The notes under the pieces are model-generated. The model had not been told where the DNA came from, made no database searches, and was given only the letters and a program-made list of their open reading frames with translations. Below are positions 1-8,564 of a stretch of DNA of 11,079 nt, piece after piece; position 1 is the stretch's first letter, and each line of letters starts with the position of its first letter. The DNA is from Thermostichus sp. DRC_bins_24 (GTDB lineage: Bacteria > Cyanobacteriota > Cyanobacteriia > Thermostichales > Thermostichaceae): the NCBI GenBank assembly GCA_039794845.1, contig JAUQVK010000030.1:1-11079 (forward strand). The letters run 5' to 3'. The translations under genes and the position numbers were made by a program.

Positions 1-87
1 GGTCCTGGGTAGGGGACTGAGGGTGAAGTGCCCATCTTCGCAGCAGCAGTGACGGCTTCCGCCCTGGTTTCTCCCCGGCGTATGGGC

Positions 88-137
88 CAAGATCAAATCA
101 CAAGATCAAATCATCAGACTCTTTGTGATTTTGTGAT
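88..137. repeat. Short tandem and inverted repeats upstream of the secreted protein (possible operator)
   Basis: CAAGATCAAATCA x2 (88-100, 101-113). TTTGTGAT x2 (122-129, 130-137). AAATCACAA (95-103) is the reverse complement of TTGTGATTT (123-131). Confidence 0.6.
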
Positions 138-176
138 GCAATGATTGTTTCTGCTCCTGGCAGAAGGAGATGCACG

Positions 177-677
177 ATGAACATCCTAACCCATACCCCC
201 TCCCTGATGAAGACTGGCTCTGCCACCCTGGCCTTACTCTTGGGTTTGGTGGCCGCCCCCTCTGCAGAAGCCCAGCGGATCATTATCGATGGGCGCGGCA
301 TTCAGGTGGAACCGAGTACGGGGGGATCCGTTATCATCAATCCCGGCAATCCCGGATTTTCTCCGGGGGCACGCTTTCGCATCGATGAAGCGGGCAATGT
401 GGTCTCTGCCCCGGGTTACCGCTGTAGTGCCGCCACGGCTGCCACCGATGCCCCGATCATCTGCCGTTCCCAGTTCAATCGCAACGATGTGGTGGTCTAT
501 CGTCGGGATCGTCAATCCAATACCTTTTTTGTCAACGTTGACAATACGGTGAGCCAACCCTCCGGCAGTGGCATTCGCATCCTGCCCAACCAACCCTCCG
601 GCAGTGGCATTCGCATCCTGCCCAACTCCGGCACGGTGCCCCCCTCTGGCAGCGGCATTCGCATCATCCGGGATTGA
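177..677 (+). CDS. Hypothetical secreted protein (166 aa) with C-terminal PSGSGIRI repeats
   Basis: ATG at 177 is preceded by AGGAG (165-169), so it is preferred over ATG 141. It has a Sec-type signal (K, then hydrophobic ATLALLLGLVAAP, then AEA cleavage motif), two Cys residues, and three PSGSGIRI repeats before TGA 675-677. Confidence 0.75.
   Translation: MNILTHTPSLMKTGSATLALLLGLVAAPSAEAQRIIIDGRGIQVEPSTGGSVIINPGNPGFSPGARFRIDEAGNVVSAPGYRCSAATAATDAPIICRSQFNRNDVVVYRRDRQSNTFFVNVDNTVSQPSGSGIRILPNQPSGSGIRILPNSGTVPPSGSGIRIIRD
555..626 (+). repeat. Exact 36-bp tandem duplication (CAACCCTCCGGCAGTGGCATTCGCATCCTGCCCAAC x2), with a degenerate third copy at about 642-668
   Basis: 555-590 is identical to 591-626. 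The duplication is in frame and encodes QPSGSGIRILPN twice. Confidence 0.95.
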
Positions 678-728
678 TTGGGATTGATTGTAAAGTCGGG
701 ATCCCGTGTGGCTCCAGCTACCCACCCA

Positions 729-3248
729 TTAGCCCAGTTGTGAGCGCAACATCTGCTCTGCCTCCGCCGGTTTGAGAGGCTTGGAAAAGAAATAACCCTG
801 CCCATACTCGCAGTTCAGTAGTTTGATCAAATGTAGTTGTTGGAGGGTTTCGACCCCCTCGGCAATCACATCCATTCCGAGGCTGTGAGCCAGGGTGATG
901 ATCATGCGGATGGTCTCGGTGTTTTCGCCATTCGGCCCCATGCGGGCGATGAAGGAGCGGTCAATTTTCAGGGTGTCGATGGGGTAATCGTGCAGACGGC
1001 TGAGGGAAGAGTAGCCGGTGCCAAAGTCGTCGATGCTGATCAGCACCCCCAATTCGCGCAGTTGCGCCAGCTGCTCTACAGCCTCTTCATTGGATTCCGT
1101 GATCAAGCTTTCGGTAATTTCCAGCTTCAGGCAACTGGGATCCAAATCGGTGTTGGAAAGCAAGCGGGCGATAAACTCCACCAACCCGGGCTGAGAGAAC
1201 TGCTTGCCGGAGAGATTAACACTCATGGTTACCGCCGCCCTTTTGCCCATTTGGGCCAGCCAGCGCACATTTTGCCAATAAGCTTCCTGAAGAATCCAGC
1301 GATCCAATTGCACGATTAGCCCCGTCTCTTCGGCAATGGGGATGAACTCAGAGGGAGGGACCAAACCGCGTTCCGGGTGTTCCCATCGCAAGAGCGCCTC
1401 AAACCCGACAATACGACCTGTACTCAGTTGCACAATCGGCTGGTAGTACACCCGAAATTGCTCCTGACGGAGGGCTTGACGAATCTCGGTTTCCATTTGT
1501 AGCCGTTGCAAAGCCCGTTGCCGCATCACCTCGTCGTAGATGGCGTATTGAGCCTTACCGCGAGACTTTGCCCAGGACAGAGCCGTATCGGCATTGCGGA
1601 TCAACTCTTCTGGTGAGAGGATGTGCCCTCCTCCCCGGTGCAACTCATGCCAGTCTTGGCTGATGGCGATGCCAATGCTGGTGCTCAGGTGGACGGGCAC
1701 CGCTTGGCCCTTGATCTCAAAGGGGTTGGTGAAGGCAGCAAGCACCCGCTGGGCCACGTGCAGCGCATCTTCGATCCCTTGCACATACTCCAGCAAAATC
1801 GTGAACTCATCGCCACCAAAGCGGGCCAAGGTCTCGCTGCTGTCCAAACAATGGGATAGGCGTTGGCTGATTTCCACCAGCAGTTGATCCCCGATGCTGT
1901 GCCCAAGGCTGTCGTTGATCACCTTGAAACCATCCAAATCCAGAAACAGCACGGCCAAAAGGGCCTTTTGCTCCACCATCCGCTGCATTGCCCGCTTCAG
2001 TTTGGCCACAAAGGAGGGTTGATTGGGCAATTGGGTGAGGGGATCCAGCGAGGCCGCCCTGCGCAGCTGGGCCTCCAGGCGTTTGCGCTCACTGATTTCC
2101 TGGACGATCAGACACAGCAGCGAGCGGTTGCCCAAAACCAGGGTACTGGTGCTCACCGAAACATCGACAGCCGTGCCATCCTGTCGCCAATAGCGCTGCT
2201 CGCTGACGCCCTCCAGGGTTTGCGGAAGGTTGCCTTGAATTTCGGTATGACGGACATCACTCTCCAGAGCATCTAGGGCCGGCACTACCAAGTCTTTGAG
2301 GGTCAGGTTGGCCGCATCCGCCAAGGAGTAGCCCAAGAGGGTTTCAAAGGCTGGGTTCACTTCCAGAATGCGTTGTGTGGTCGGATCCACCAACAGAACG
2401 GTGGGCAATGCTTTGGCCAAAATGCCCCGATAGCGTTCCTCCCGCTTACCGATCCGCCGAAGATCCGTTTGCATGAGCCACCCACCGGCCACCAGCAACC
2501 CGGCTACTCCTCCCCAAACCCAGGGCAAATAGGGCAAAGGGCGGACACAGTTCAGCTGCACCAGCCACTCTGAGGCAGCCTCAGGATCCCCTGATGCCGG
2601 CCTGTTCCGCAACAGCGCGAAGCTCCCAAGTGTTTGCCTTGCCAACGGCCTGACTTCAATCGGGATCCCGGAGATATCTTCAACGGCCTTGAGATCTTGC
2701 TCGAGGTTTTGCTGGCGTAGGCGAGCAACCATCTCCTGCAGTTGTGGCGAAAGATTGCTGCCGGTGAGCGGGTAGATCTGCACCGTTGAGGCAAAGTCAG
2801 ACTCTTCTGGTTCAGATAAAAAGGGATCCGACAGCAACGCGTTAACCAGCCGGGTGGAGAGAGAAGGCTCTGGATCTGGTGGAGCAGGGGTCGGCGTGAG
2901 CAAGAGCGACGGCAAGCGGTTATTGCGGGATTCAGCCTCTGATGCTGCTGGGGTTAGGCTTTCGATCGGCAAGGGATCCAGGGCTGGGCTGGCAGGAGTG
3001 AAAACACTGCTGGGAACCGGCGGCGACTGCTGATAAGCGTCCGTGGCTGCCCGCCAAAGCACCTGTCGCAGAGCTTGCCGCGCTTGGGTTGTTTCCAGCC
3101 GGTAGAGGTAGCGCTGGCTCAAAACGGCAATGGCCCCATAGCCCACCAGCCCCAGCCCCCAGCCGAGCAACGGCAGCAACCCCCTTGCAGGGGATCCGGC
3201 GCGAATGGCTTGGACGAACTTGGTGGAACCCACGGCAGCACGGAGCAT
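729..3248 (-). CDS. Membrane-anchored PAS-GGDEF-EAL diguanylate cyclase/phosphodiesterase
   Basis: The 839-aa ORF has two hydrophobic segments and a PAS-like segment (ILEVNPAFETLLGYS...RQDGTAVDVSVS). GGDEF motifs: DPLTQLPN, DLDGFKVINDSLGHSIGD, RFGGDEF (GGDEF at 1803-1817). EAL motifs: FEALLRW, SVNLS, LEITES, DDFGTGYSS, LKIDRSF, AEGVET, QGYFFSKP. The exact start is uncertain. Confidence 0.95.
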   Translation of the reverse strand: MLRAAVGSTKFVQAIRAGSPARGLLPLLGWGLGLVGYGAIAVLSQRYLYRLETTQARQALRQVLWRAATDAYQQSPPVPSSVFTPASPALDPLPIESLTPAASEAESRNNRLPSLLLTPTPAPPDPEPSLSTRLVNALLSDPFLSEPEESDFASTVQIYPLTGSNLSPQLQEMVARLRQQNLEQDLKAVEDISGIPIEVRPLARQTLGSFALLRNRPASGDPEAASEWLVQLNCVRPLPYLPWVWGGVAGLLVAGGWLMQTDLRRIGKREERYRGILAKALPTVLLVDPTTQRILEVNPAFETLLGYSLADAANLTLKDLVVPALDALESDVRHTEIQGNLPQTLEGVSEQRYWRQDGTAVDVSVSTSTLVLGNRSLLCLIVQEISERKRLEAQLRRAASLDPLTQLPNQPSFVAKLKRAMQRMVEQKALLAVLFLDLDGFKVINDSLGHSIGDQLLVEISQRLSHCLDSSETLARFGGDEFTILLEYVQGIEDALHVAQRVLAAFTNPFEIKGQAVPVHLSTSIGIAISQDWHELHRGGGHILSPEELIRNADTALSWAKSRGKAQYAIYDEVMRQRALQRLQMETEIRQALRQEQFRVYYQPIVQLSTGRIVGFEALLRWEHPERGLVPPSEFIPIAEETGLIVQLDRWILQEAYWQNVRWLAQMGKRAAVTMSVNLSGKQFSQPGLVEFIARLLSNTDLDPSCLKLEITESLITESNEEAVEQLAQLRELGVLISIDDFGTGYSSLSRLHDYPIDTLKIDRSFIARMGPNGENTETIRMIITLAHSLGMDVIAEGVETLQQLHLIKLLNCEYGQGYFFSKPLKPAEAEQMLRSQLG

Positions 3249-3512
3249 ACTTACAGCCCTTGCGCGGGTTCTCTACGGCAGGGCTTGTGCTTGCTTTTCT
3301 CGCTCCGCGAGGTGCGAAGCACCCTCCCCGGGGGGCAGATCTCAATTTCCATAGTTGCTACACGTGACCGGTGAAAGGGCTGTAACTTTGCTGCTACCTG
3401 AAATGGCGGTAGGCGAATGAATTAATGTTAAATGGATTACACGAGACAGGTAGTGCCATCTTAGTGGAATCCCATGGGGAAACTGTATCCTCTTTTATCA
3501 AGAATCAACAAA

Positions 3513-4901
3513 TTAAGTGAGAATTTCCGGTTTAGAGGCGATTTTCTGTCGTTTTTCTTCCAATTCTGCCAGGATCTGCTGATGCCTCTGTCGGGTGATT
3601 GGGTAGAACCACACCAGCAGGATCCCGCCGATCAAGGGCAGTGCCGGTAAGGGTCCGATGGCGAGGCGAATGGCCAACAAAGCCGATTCCGGCTGGACGG
3701 GGGGGGCTTCTCCAGCCACAGAAGCCACGAACCCGGCCCAATCCAGGGCTTGCCCGACGAAAAACAGCCCCAAGGCCAACCCCACCTTTTGCAGCAGCAC
3801 CATGAAGGCATAAAAGATCCCTTCCCGTCGCTCCCCCGTCTGCAGCTCATCCAGATCGATCACATCCGGGAGCATCGACCAAGGGCCCAGGTAGGCCGTG
3901 GCGGAAACCCCCACCCCGGCGACAAGAGCAAGCCCGATCATGATCCCCTGTTGACCGGGTTGCAGGAAAAACAAACCCGCTTGCGCGATTAACCAAAGTC
4001 CCGCCCCGATCAAATACATGGTGCGTTTGCCTAAGTGGGCGCTCAGTTGCGTCCACACAAACAGGGTGAGCACCGCGATCCCCTGCACCGCCAACACCGT
4101 CAGGGAAATCCACACCTCCGGCAAGCCCATCCAGGAGACAATGAAAAAAGGAATGATGGTGGCGGTGAACTGGAAGGCAAGCCAAGAGCAGAGATAAATA
4201 CCGATCACAAACAGATAGGGGCGATTGCGAAAGGCTACCCGCATCTGTTGGGGCAGAGGCATGGGATTCGGCTCCGATTGGTACCGTTCTCGCACCCCCA
4301 AAAAGCAGAGCACCAAGGGCAAAGAGGAGATGACCGCAAAGCAGGTTCCCGCCAGCAGATAGCCTGCTTGTCGATCCGGCAGGAGGTTGTAGAGCAAGGG
4401 AAATACCGACACTGCCACAATGCTGCCCCCAACCGAAAAGGCAAAGCGAAATTGGTTCAGTTGCGTGCGCTCATCGTAGTCTTGGGTCAGCTCCGGAGTG
4501 AGGGAGGCGTAGGGAATATTGGCGGCGGAATAGAAGGTATTGAACAGCAACGACACCAGCAGGTAGTAGGCGAACAGGGGGCCGATCCGTCCGGGAAAGG
4601 GGATCCACCACTGGGCCAAGAAGGTGAGGCCAAAGGGGATGGCTGCAAACAGCAACCAGGGTCGGCGTCTTCCCCACCGGCTGCGGGTACGGTCGCTGAG
4701 GATGCCGATGATGGGATCGTTAATGGCATCCCAGAAGCGGGTGATGGCGTAGATGCTTCCCGCCAAACCTGCTCCCATACCGACGGTATTGACGAGAAAA
4801 GGCAGTAGGAAAAAGAGCAAAATGTTGGCCGTCATGCCTGTGCCCAGATCCCCCACTCCGTAGGCAAGCTTGGTCCACAGGCTAAGTCGTTGTTCGGTCA
4901 T
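3513..4901 (-). CDS. MFS transporter, glycoside-pentoside-hexuronide (GPH/MelB-like) cation symporter family
   Basis: Motifs KLAYGVGDLG, WDAINDPIIGILSDRTRSRWGRRRPW, IPYASLTPELTQDYDERTQL and PDVIDLDELQTGERREG, with about 12 hydrophobic segments. Start is set at ATG 4901 (MTEQRLSLW), where family-like sequence begins. Confidence 0.92.
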   Translation of the reverse strand: MTEQRLSLWTKLAYGVGDLGTGMTANILLFFLLPFLVNTVGMGAGLAGSIYAITRFWDAINDPIIGILSDRTRSRWGRRRPWLLFAAIPFGLTFLAQWWIPFPGRIGPLFAYYLLVSLLFNTFYSAANIPYASLTPELTQDYDERTQLNQFRFAFSVGGSIVAVSVFPLLYNLLPDRQAGYLLAGTCFAVISSLPLVLCFLGVRERYQSEPNPMPLPQQMRVAFRNRPYLFVIGIYLCSWLAFQFTATIIPFFIVSWMGLPEVWISLTVLAVQGIAVLTLFVWTQLSAHLGKRTMYLIGAGLWLIAQAGLFFLQPGQQGIMIGLALVAGVGVSATAYLGPWSMLPDVIDLDELQTGERREGIFYAFMVLLQKVGLALGLFFVGQALDWAGFVASVAGEAPPVQPESALLAIRLAIGPLPALPLIGGILLVWFYPITRQRHQQILAELEEKRQKIASKPEILT

Positions 4902-4972
4902 GGTGCCCTGTTGCTGGAAGGCCAGAATCCCAGTGTACGGGGTGCTGGCCGAGGGATCCCTGTCGCTGGGGG

Positions 4973-5122
4973 TCAAAGTTGCGGATCTTTCCCCAGTTCT
5001 CGCAGCCGTTGGGCCAAGCGTTGGGCTCTTTGGCCTTCTGCCTCGGCCTGTTGCCGCTCCCGTTCTGCTTTGGTGGGCAGGGGCTGTCGGGTAGCCTCGA
5101 ACCAGCGTACCCGGGTACATTC
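4973..5122 (-). pseudogene. C-terminal remnant of a Uma2/DUF820-family endonuclease-like gene
   Basis: Manual translation gives ECTRVRWFEATRQPLPTKAERERQQAEAEGQRAQRLAQRLRELGKDPQL*. This matches the typical cyanobacterial Uma2 tail (WLRWxD..G..LPT..E...QRAERLAxxLRELGIDP). It is bounded upstream by an in-frame TGA (5123-5125), with no ATG start and no nuclease core. Confidence 0.75.
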
Positions 5123-5147
5123 TCACCCCCTTTGCCGGTGACCGAGC

Positions 5148-5612
5148 TCAGAGCACGCTGTTGAAGGGAAAGCTGCCGCTGCCGAGGCGATCCTGTCGAT
5201 CAAAAACGCTGATGGTCAGTTGATGGGATCCCGTTTGGGTGGGGGTAAAACGGTTTTGGGTGAGGGTGAGTCCGGTAACGGTGCAGCTGGTGGCCCCAAC
5301 GGAGCAACCGGGCAGTTGGGAAGCATCGAAAGCCCCCAGGGTAACGAAATTGCCGAGGGGAGTGGTGACGGAAGCCAAGAAGGCATTGGATCCGCGGATC
5401 CCAGCGGGGGCTTCCACCCGGAAGGAGACCACAAAAGTCGGGGTTTGCCCCACCGAAACGGTACGGGGGGAGAGATCGGTGATGGTGAGGGAGGGGGCAG
5501 GGATGGGATTCGGCAGAGGCAAGAAATCGCTGCTGCCGGTCGTGCCTCCACAGCCCGCAAGAACACTACCCAGCAGCAAAAACAACGGGATCCGTTGATT
5601 CGTTGGTCGCAT
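5148..5612 (-). CDS. Hypothetical lipoprotein (154 aa), probable beta-sandwich
   Basis: GGAGG-containing RBS upstream. Signal peptide with lipobox LAGC (Cys21), then a Pro-rich linker and alternating beta-strand patterns (LTITDLSP, FVVSFRVE, HQLTISVFD). There is also an internal Cys pair. Confidence 0.8.
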   Translation of the reverse strand: MRPTNQRIPLFLLLGSVLAGCGGTTGSSDFLPLPNPIPAPSLTITDLSPRTVSVGQTPTFVVSFRVEAPAGIRGSNAFLASVTTPLGNFVTLGAFDASQLPGCSVGATSCTVTGLTLTQNRFTPTQTGSHQLTISVFDRQDRLGSGSFPFNSVL

Positions 5613-5739
5613 CCTCTCTCCTCCACCCCAATGAGCTGCAAATGCTCTGCTTTTTGAGTTTATTCTCAGAGGCTTACCTTCACCCGGCCAGTAGCCAGAA
5701 GGGAGGGAAACTGACCGGAACCGGCCTTAGATCCTTCGC

Positions 5740-6951
5740 TTACGCCCCTTGCAAAACCCCATGGCAAGCCGTGGCGATGGCCCAGTCTTCCTGAGCTGAG
5801 ATCACCAACACCCGCACCGAAGCATCGAGGGTGCTGATGTCGCAGTTGCGGGGGGAGCCGGCATTCAGCACCGGGTCGATCTGGATCCCCAAAAAGCACA
5901 AATCCGCACAGGTTGCCGCCCGTACCGGAGCCGAGTTTTCCCCAATTCCACCGGAAAACACCAACGCATCCAACCGATCCAAGCTCATCAACATCGCCCC
6001 AATCTGACTGCGAAGACGGTGCACAAACAGATCAAAGGCCAACTCCGCCCGTTCATGCCCACTTTGCATCGCCTCCAACACCGTGCGCATGTCGCTGCTG
6101 AGGCCCGAAACCCCCTTAAGGCCCGATTCCCGATTCAAAATCCGATCCAACTCCTCAACACTCATGCCCCGGCGCAACTGATGGATGAGAATCCCCGGAT
6201 CCACCGAACCGGAACGGGATCCCATCATCAAGCCCTCTAGGGGGGTAAAGCCCATGGTGGTATCGACACTTTTGCCGCCCCGAATGGCCGCCAAGGAGCA
6301 GCCATTGCCCAAATGACAGGTGATCAGGCGCAATTCTGACAAAGGACGGTTCAACAGTTCGGCGGCCCGGCGGGCACAGTGCTCGTGGTTGATGCCGTGA
6401 AAACCGTAGCGGCGGATCCCTTGTTCAGCCCAGGCATAGGGGAGGGGGTAGAGGGCTGCTGCCGAGGGCATTTGCTGGTGAAAAGCCGTATCGAACACCG
6501 CCACCTGTGGGATCCCGGGCAAAAGCTGACCCAGCAGGCGGATCCCCTCTAAAGCGGCAGGATTGTGGGCAGGGGCTAAGGGAATGAAGTTTGCAATGGT
6601 TTGTTCCACCTCTGAGGTAATGACGGTGGGCTGCTGATACAGGGATCCCCCATGGACAACCCGGTGGCCGATCCCGTCAATGGCACCTGCCTCTGAGAGA
6701 AGGGATCCCTCCCCTTGCCAAAGACTGGTAAACAGCGGTGCCAACGCCTCAATGCCTGCGGCGGAGTGGGTTGAGGGAAACGACTCCCAACCTCTCCCTC
6801 GAAGGCGAGTTTGGATCAAGGTCTGCCCCTGCCGGTAGGTGAAATCCGCCTGGGCTTGCCAGAGAGGAGTTGATTCGACTTTGCCCTCAACCGTTTGAAA
6901 AAGTGAAGATTTGAGGCTACTGGAGCCAGCATTGACCACAAGAATATTCAC
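5740..6951 (-). CDS. ackA: Acetate kinase
   Basis: Motifs [70 protein letters not shown] and [11 protein letters not shown] start, 403 aa. Confidence 0.97.
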   Translation of the reverse strand: MNILVVNAGSSSLKSSLFQTVEGKVESTPLWQAQADFTYRQGQTLIQTRLRGRGWESFPSTHSAAGIEALAPLFTSLWQGEGSLLSEAGAIDGIGHRVVHGGSLYQQPTVITSEVEQTIANFIPLAPAHNPAALEGIRLLGQLLPGIPQVAVFDTAFHQQMPSAAALYPLPYAWAEQGIRRYGFHGINHEHCARRAAELLNRPLSELRLITCHLGNGCSLAAIRGGKSVDTTMGFTPLEGLMMGSRSGSVDPGILIHQLRRGMSVEELDRILNRESGLKGVSGLSSDMRTVLEAMQSGHERAELAFDLFVHRLRSQIGAMLMSLDRLDALVFSGGIGENSAPVRAATCADLCFLGIQIDPVLNAGSPRNCDISTLDASVRVLVISAQEDWAIATACHGVLQGA

Positions 6952-7032
6952 AGGATGTCTGCCGCATCGGCCTCCACAGCGCTACCGATTTCAACTTAAC
7001 CGCCAATTTGGGTTTTGGCTGAATCTAAACCG

Positions 7033-7054
7033 TTGCGGCTACTACCCGCCGCAA
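7033..7054 (-). terminator. Stem-loop downstream of trmFO (possible weak terminator or mRNA-stabilising hairpin)
   Basis: TTGCGGC (7033-7039) and GCCGCAA (7048-7054) form a 7-bp stem with an 8-nt loop, 13 nt after the trmFO stop. The U-tract is poor. Confidence 0.35.
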
Positions 7055-7067
7055 GAACCGGGGGCCC

Positions 7068-8440
7068 CTAAGCTGTACACCTCTGTTGAGTCAGCCCTGT
7101 GGCTGCCAATGTGGCCAAGGCCCGATCCCGATAGTGCCCATAGCGCTCCTGTTTGTTGCGAATCTTACGTCCCTCCAAATTGGGCAAAATGCCGAAATTA
7201 GCGGGCATGGGTTGAAAATACTTCGGATCGGCGCTGCTGATGAAGTGAAACAGGGATCCCATCATCGTCTCGCTGGGCAGTTGAATCAGGGGCAACCCCA
7301 AGGCAAAACGGGCCGCATTGGATCCCGCCAACCACCCCCCCGCCACCGCACAAGCGTAGCCTTCCGTGCCCACCAGCTGGCCAGCGGCAAACAGGCTGGG
7401 GCGCCGGCGAAATTGCAACGTCGGCTCCAACAGCTGTGGCGCATTCAAGAAAGTATTGCGGTGCATCACCCCCATGCGCACAAACTCGGCATTTTCCAGG
7501 CCAGGGATGAGACAAAACACCCGCTGTTGTTCTCCCCACTTCAGGTTGGTTTGAAAGCCCACCAAGTTCCACAATTGACCCGCCTTATCTTCTTGCCGCA
7601 ACTGCACCACCGCGTAAGGACGGGATCCCGTGCGCGGATCCACCAAACCTACCGGCTTAAGGGGGCCAAAACAAAGGGTCTCTCTGCCGCGGCGGGCCAT
7701 TTCTTCAATGGGGAGGCAGCCTTCAAAAAAGGAGCGTTCCTCCTGCTCGAAAGCCTTGAGAGGAGCTTGTTCTGCCTGTACCAGTGCCTGCCAAAAAACC
7801 GCTCGTATTCCGCTTCGGTCATCGGGCAATTGAGATAGGCTGCTTCCCCTTTGTCGTAGCGAGAGGCTGGAAACACCACCTCTCGATTCAGGGAGTCCCC
7901 CGTGACAATGGGGCTGGAGGCATCGAAAAAGCTCAGGTAGCCCAAGCCTGTGAAGGCCTGTAACGCCTCAGCCAAGGGAGCGCTGGTGAGTGGCCCGGTG
8001 CAGAGAACGGTGATCCCCTCAGGAATAGTGGTGACTTCTTGCCGTCGCAGGGTGATAAGGGGATGCTGTTCAATCGCTTCGGTTAAAGCCTGGCTGAACA
8101 TGGCTCGATCCACTGCCAGTGCCCCTCCGGCAGGTACCGCATGCCGATCTGCCATCGCCATGACCAGGGATCCCAGCTGCCGCAGTTCTTCCTTGAGCAA
8201 GCCTGCCGCCCGATCGCTGGACAAGGCCCCAAAGGAGTTGCTGCACACCAGTTCGGCCAACTGTTCCGTGTGGTGCGCCGGGCTTTGGCGCAAAGGGCGC
8301 ATCTCGGAAAGGAGCACCGGCAATCCTGCCTGGGCAATTTGCCATGCGGCCTCTGTACCCGCCAACCCCCCCCCGATCACCTGGATAGGGGGGATGCCGG
8401 ATCCCTGTGGCCGAGTCTTTTCTGGGAAGAAATCGCTCAT
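7068..8440 (-). pseudogene. trmFO: tRNA (uracil-54-C5)-methyltransferase TrmFO/Gid, frameshifted as sequenced (possibly a sequencing error)
   Basis: The N-terminal part ([45 protein letters not shown]) is in ORF 7649..8452. The C-terminal part ([62 protein letters not shown]) is in ORF 7068..7829. The junction is at the A6 run 7793-7798. Likely start is ATG 8440. Confidence 0.93.
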
Positions 8441-8564
8441 AGCCCTACTCACTGCCAGCTCAAAACTCAGTAAACCTTTCCAAACCGGCCCATCAAGACG
8501 CTACAGCCCCCCGAAAGAGTTTATTCAGGCTAGCACTCGTCCAGCCAACCGGAGTTAGCGCACC

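Noticed and set aside
1..35. Possible start of a divergent minus-strand gene (ATG at 35, MGTSPSVPYPG...)
   Set aside because: Too little sequence lies within the window to support it.
555..668. 36-bp direct repeats as a CRISPR array
   Set aside because: The repeats are directly adjacent with no spacers, are in frame within a CDS, and there are no cas genes.
3382..3498. NtcA sites in the DGC/PDE upstream region (GTA-N10-TAC at 3382-3397; GTA-N8-TAT at 3485-3498)
   Set aside because: Wrong spacing or mismatch relative to GTA-N8-TAC, with no supporting context.
4902..5126. 75-aa N-terminal extension of the MFS transporter (ORF-track start 5126)
   Set aside because: It is not transporter-like, and it overlaps the Uma2 remnant in another frame. 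ATG 4901 fits the family N-terminus.
7068..8452. Two separate genes (253 aa and 267 aa)
   Set aside because: They are consecutive halves of TrmFO joined at a single homopolymer frameshift.
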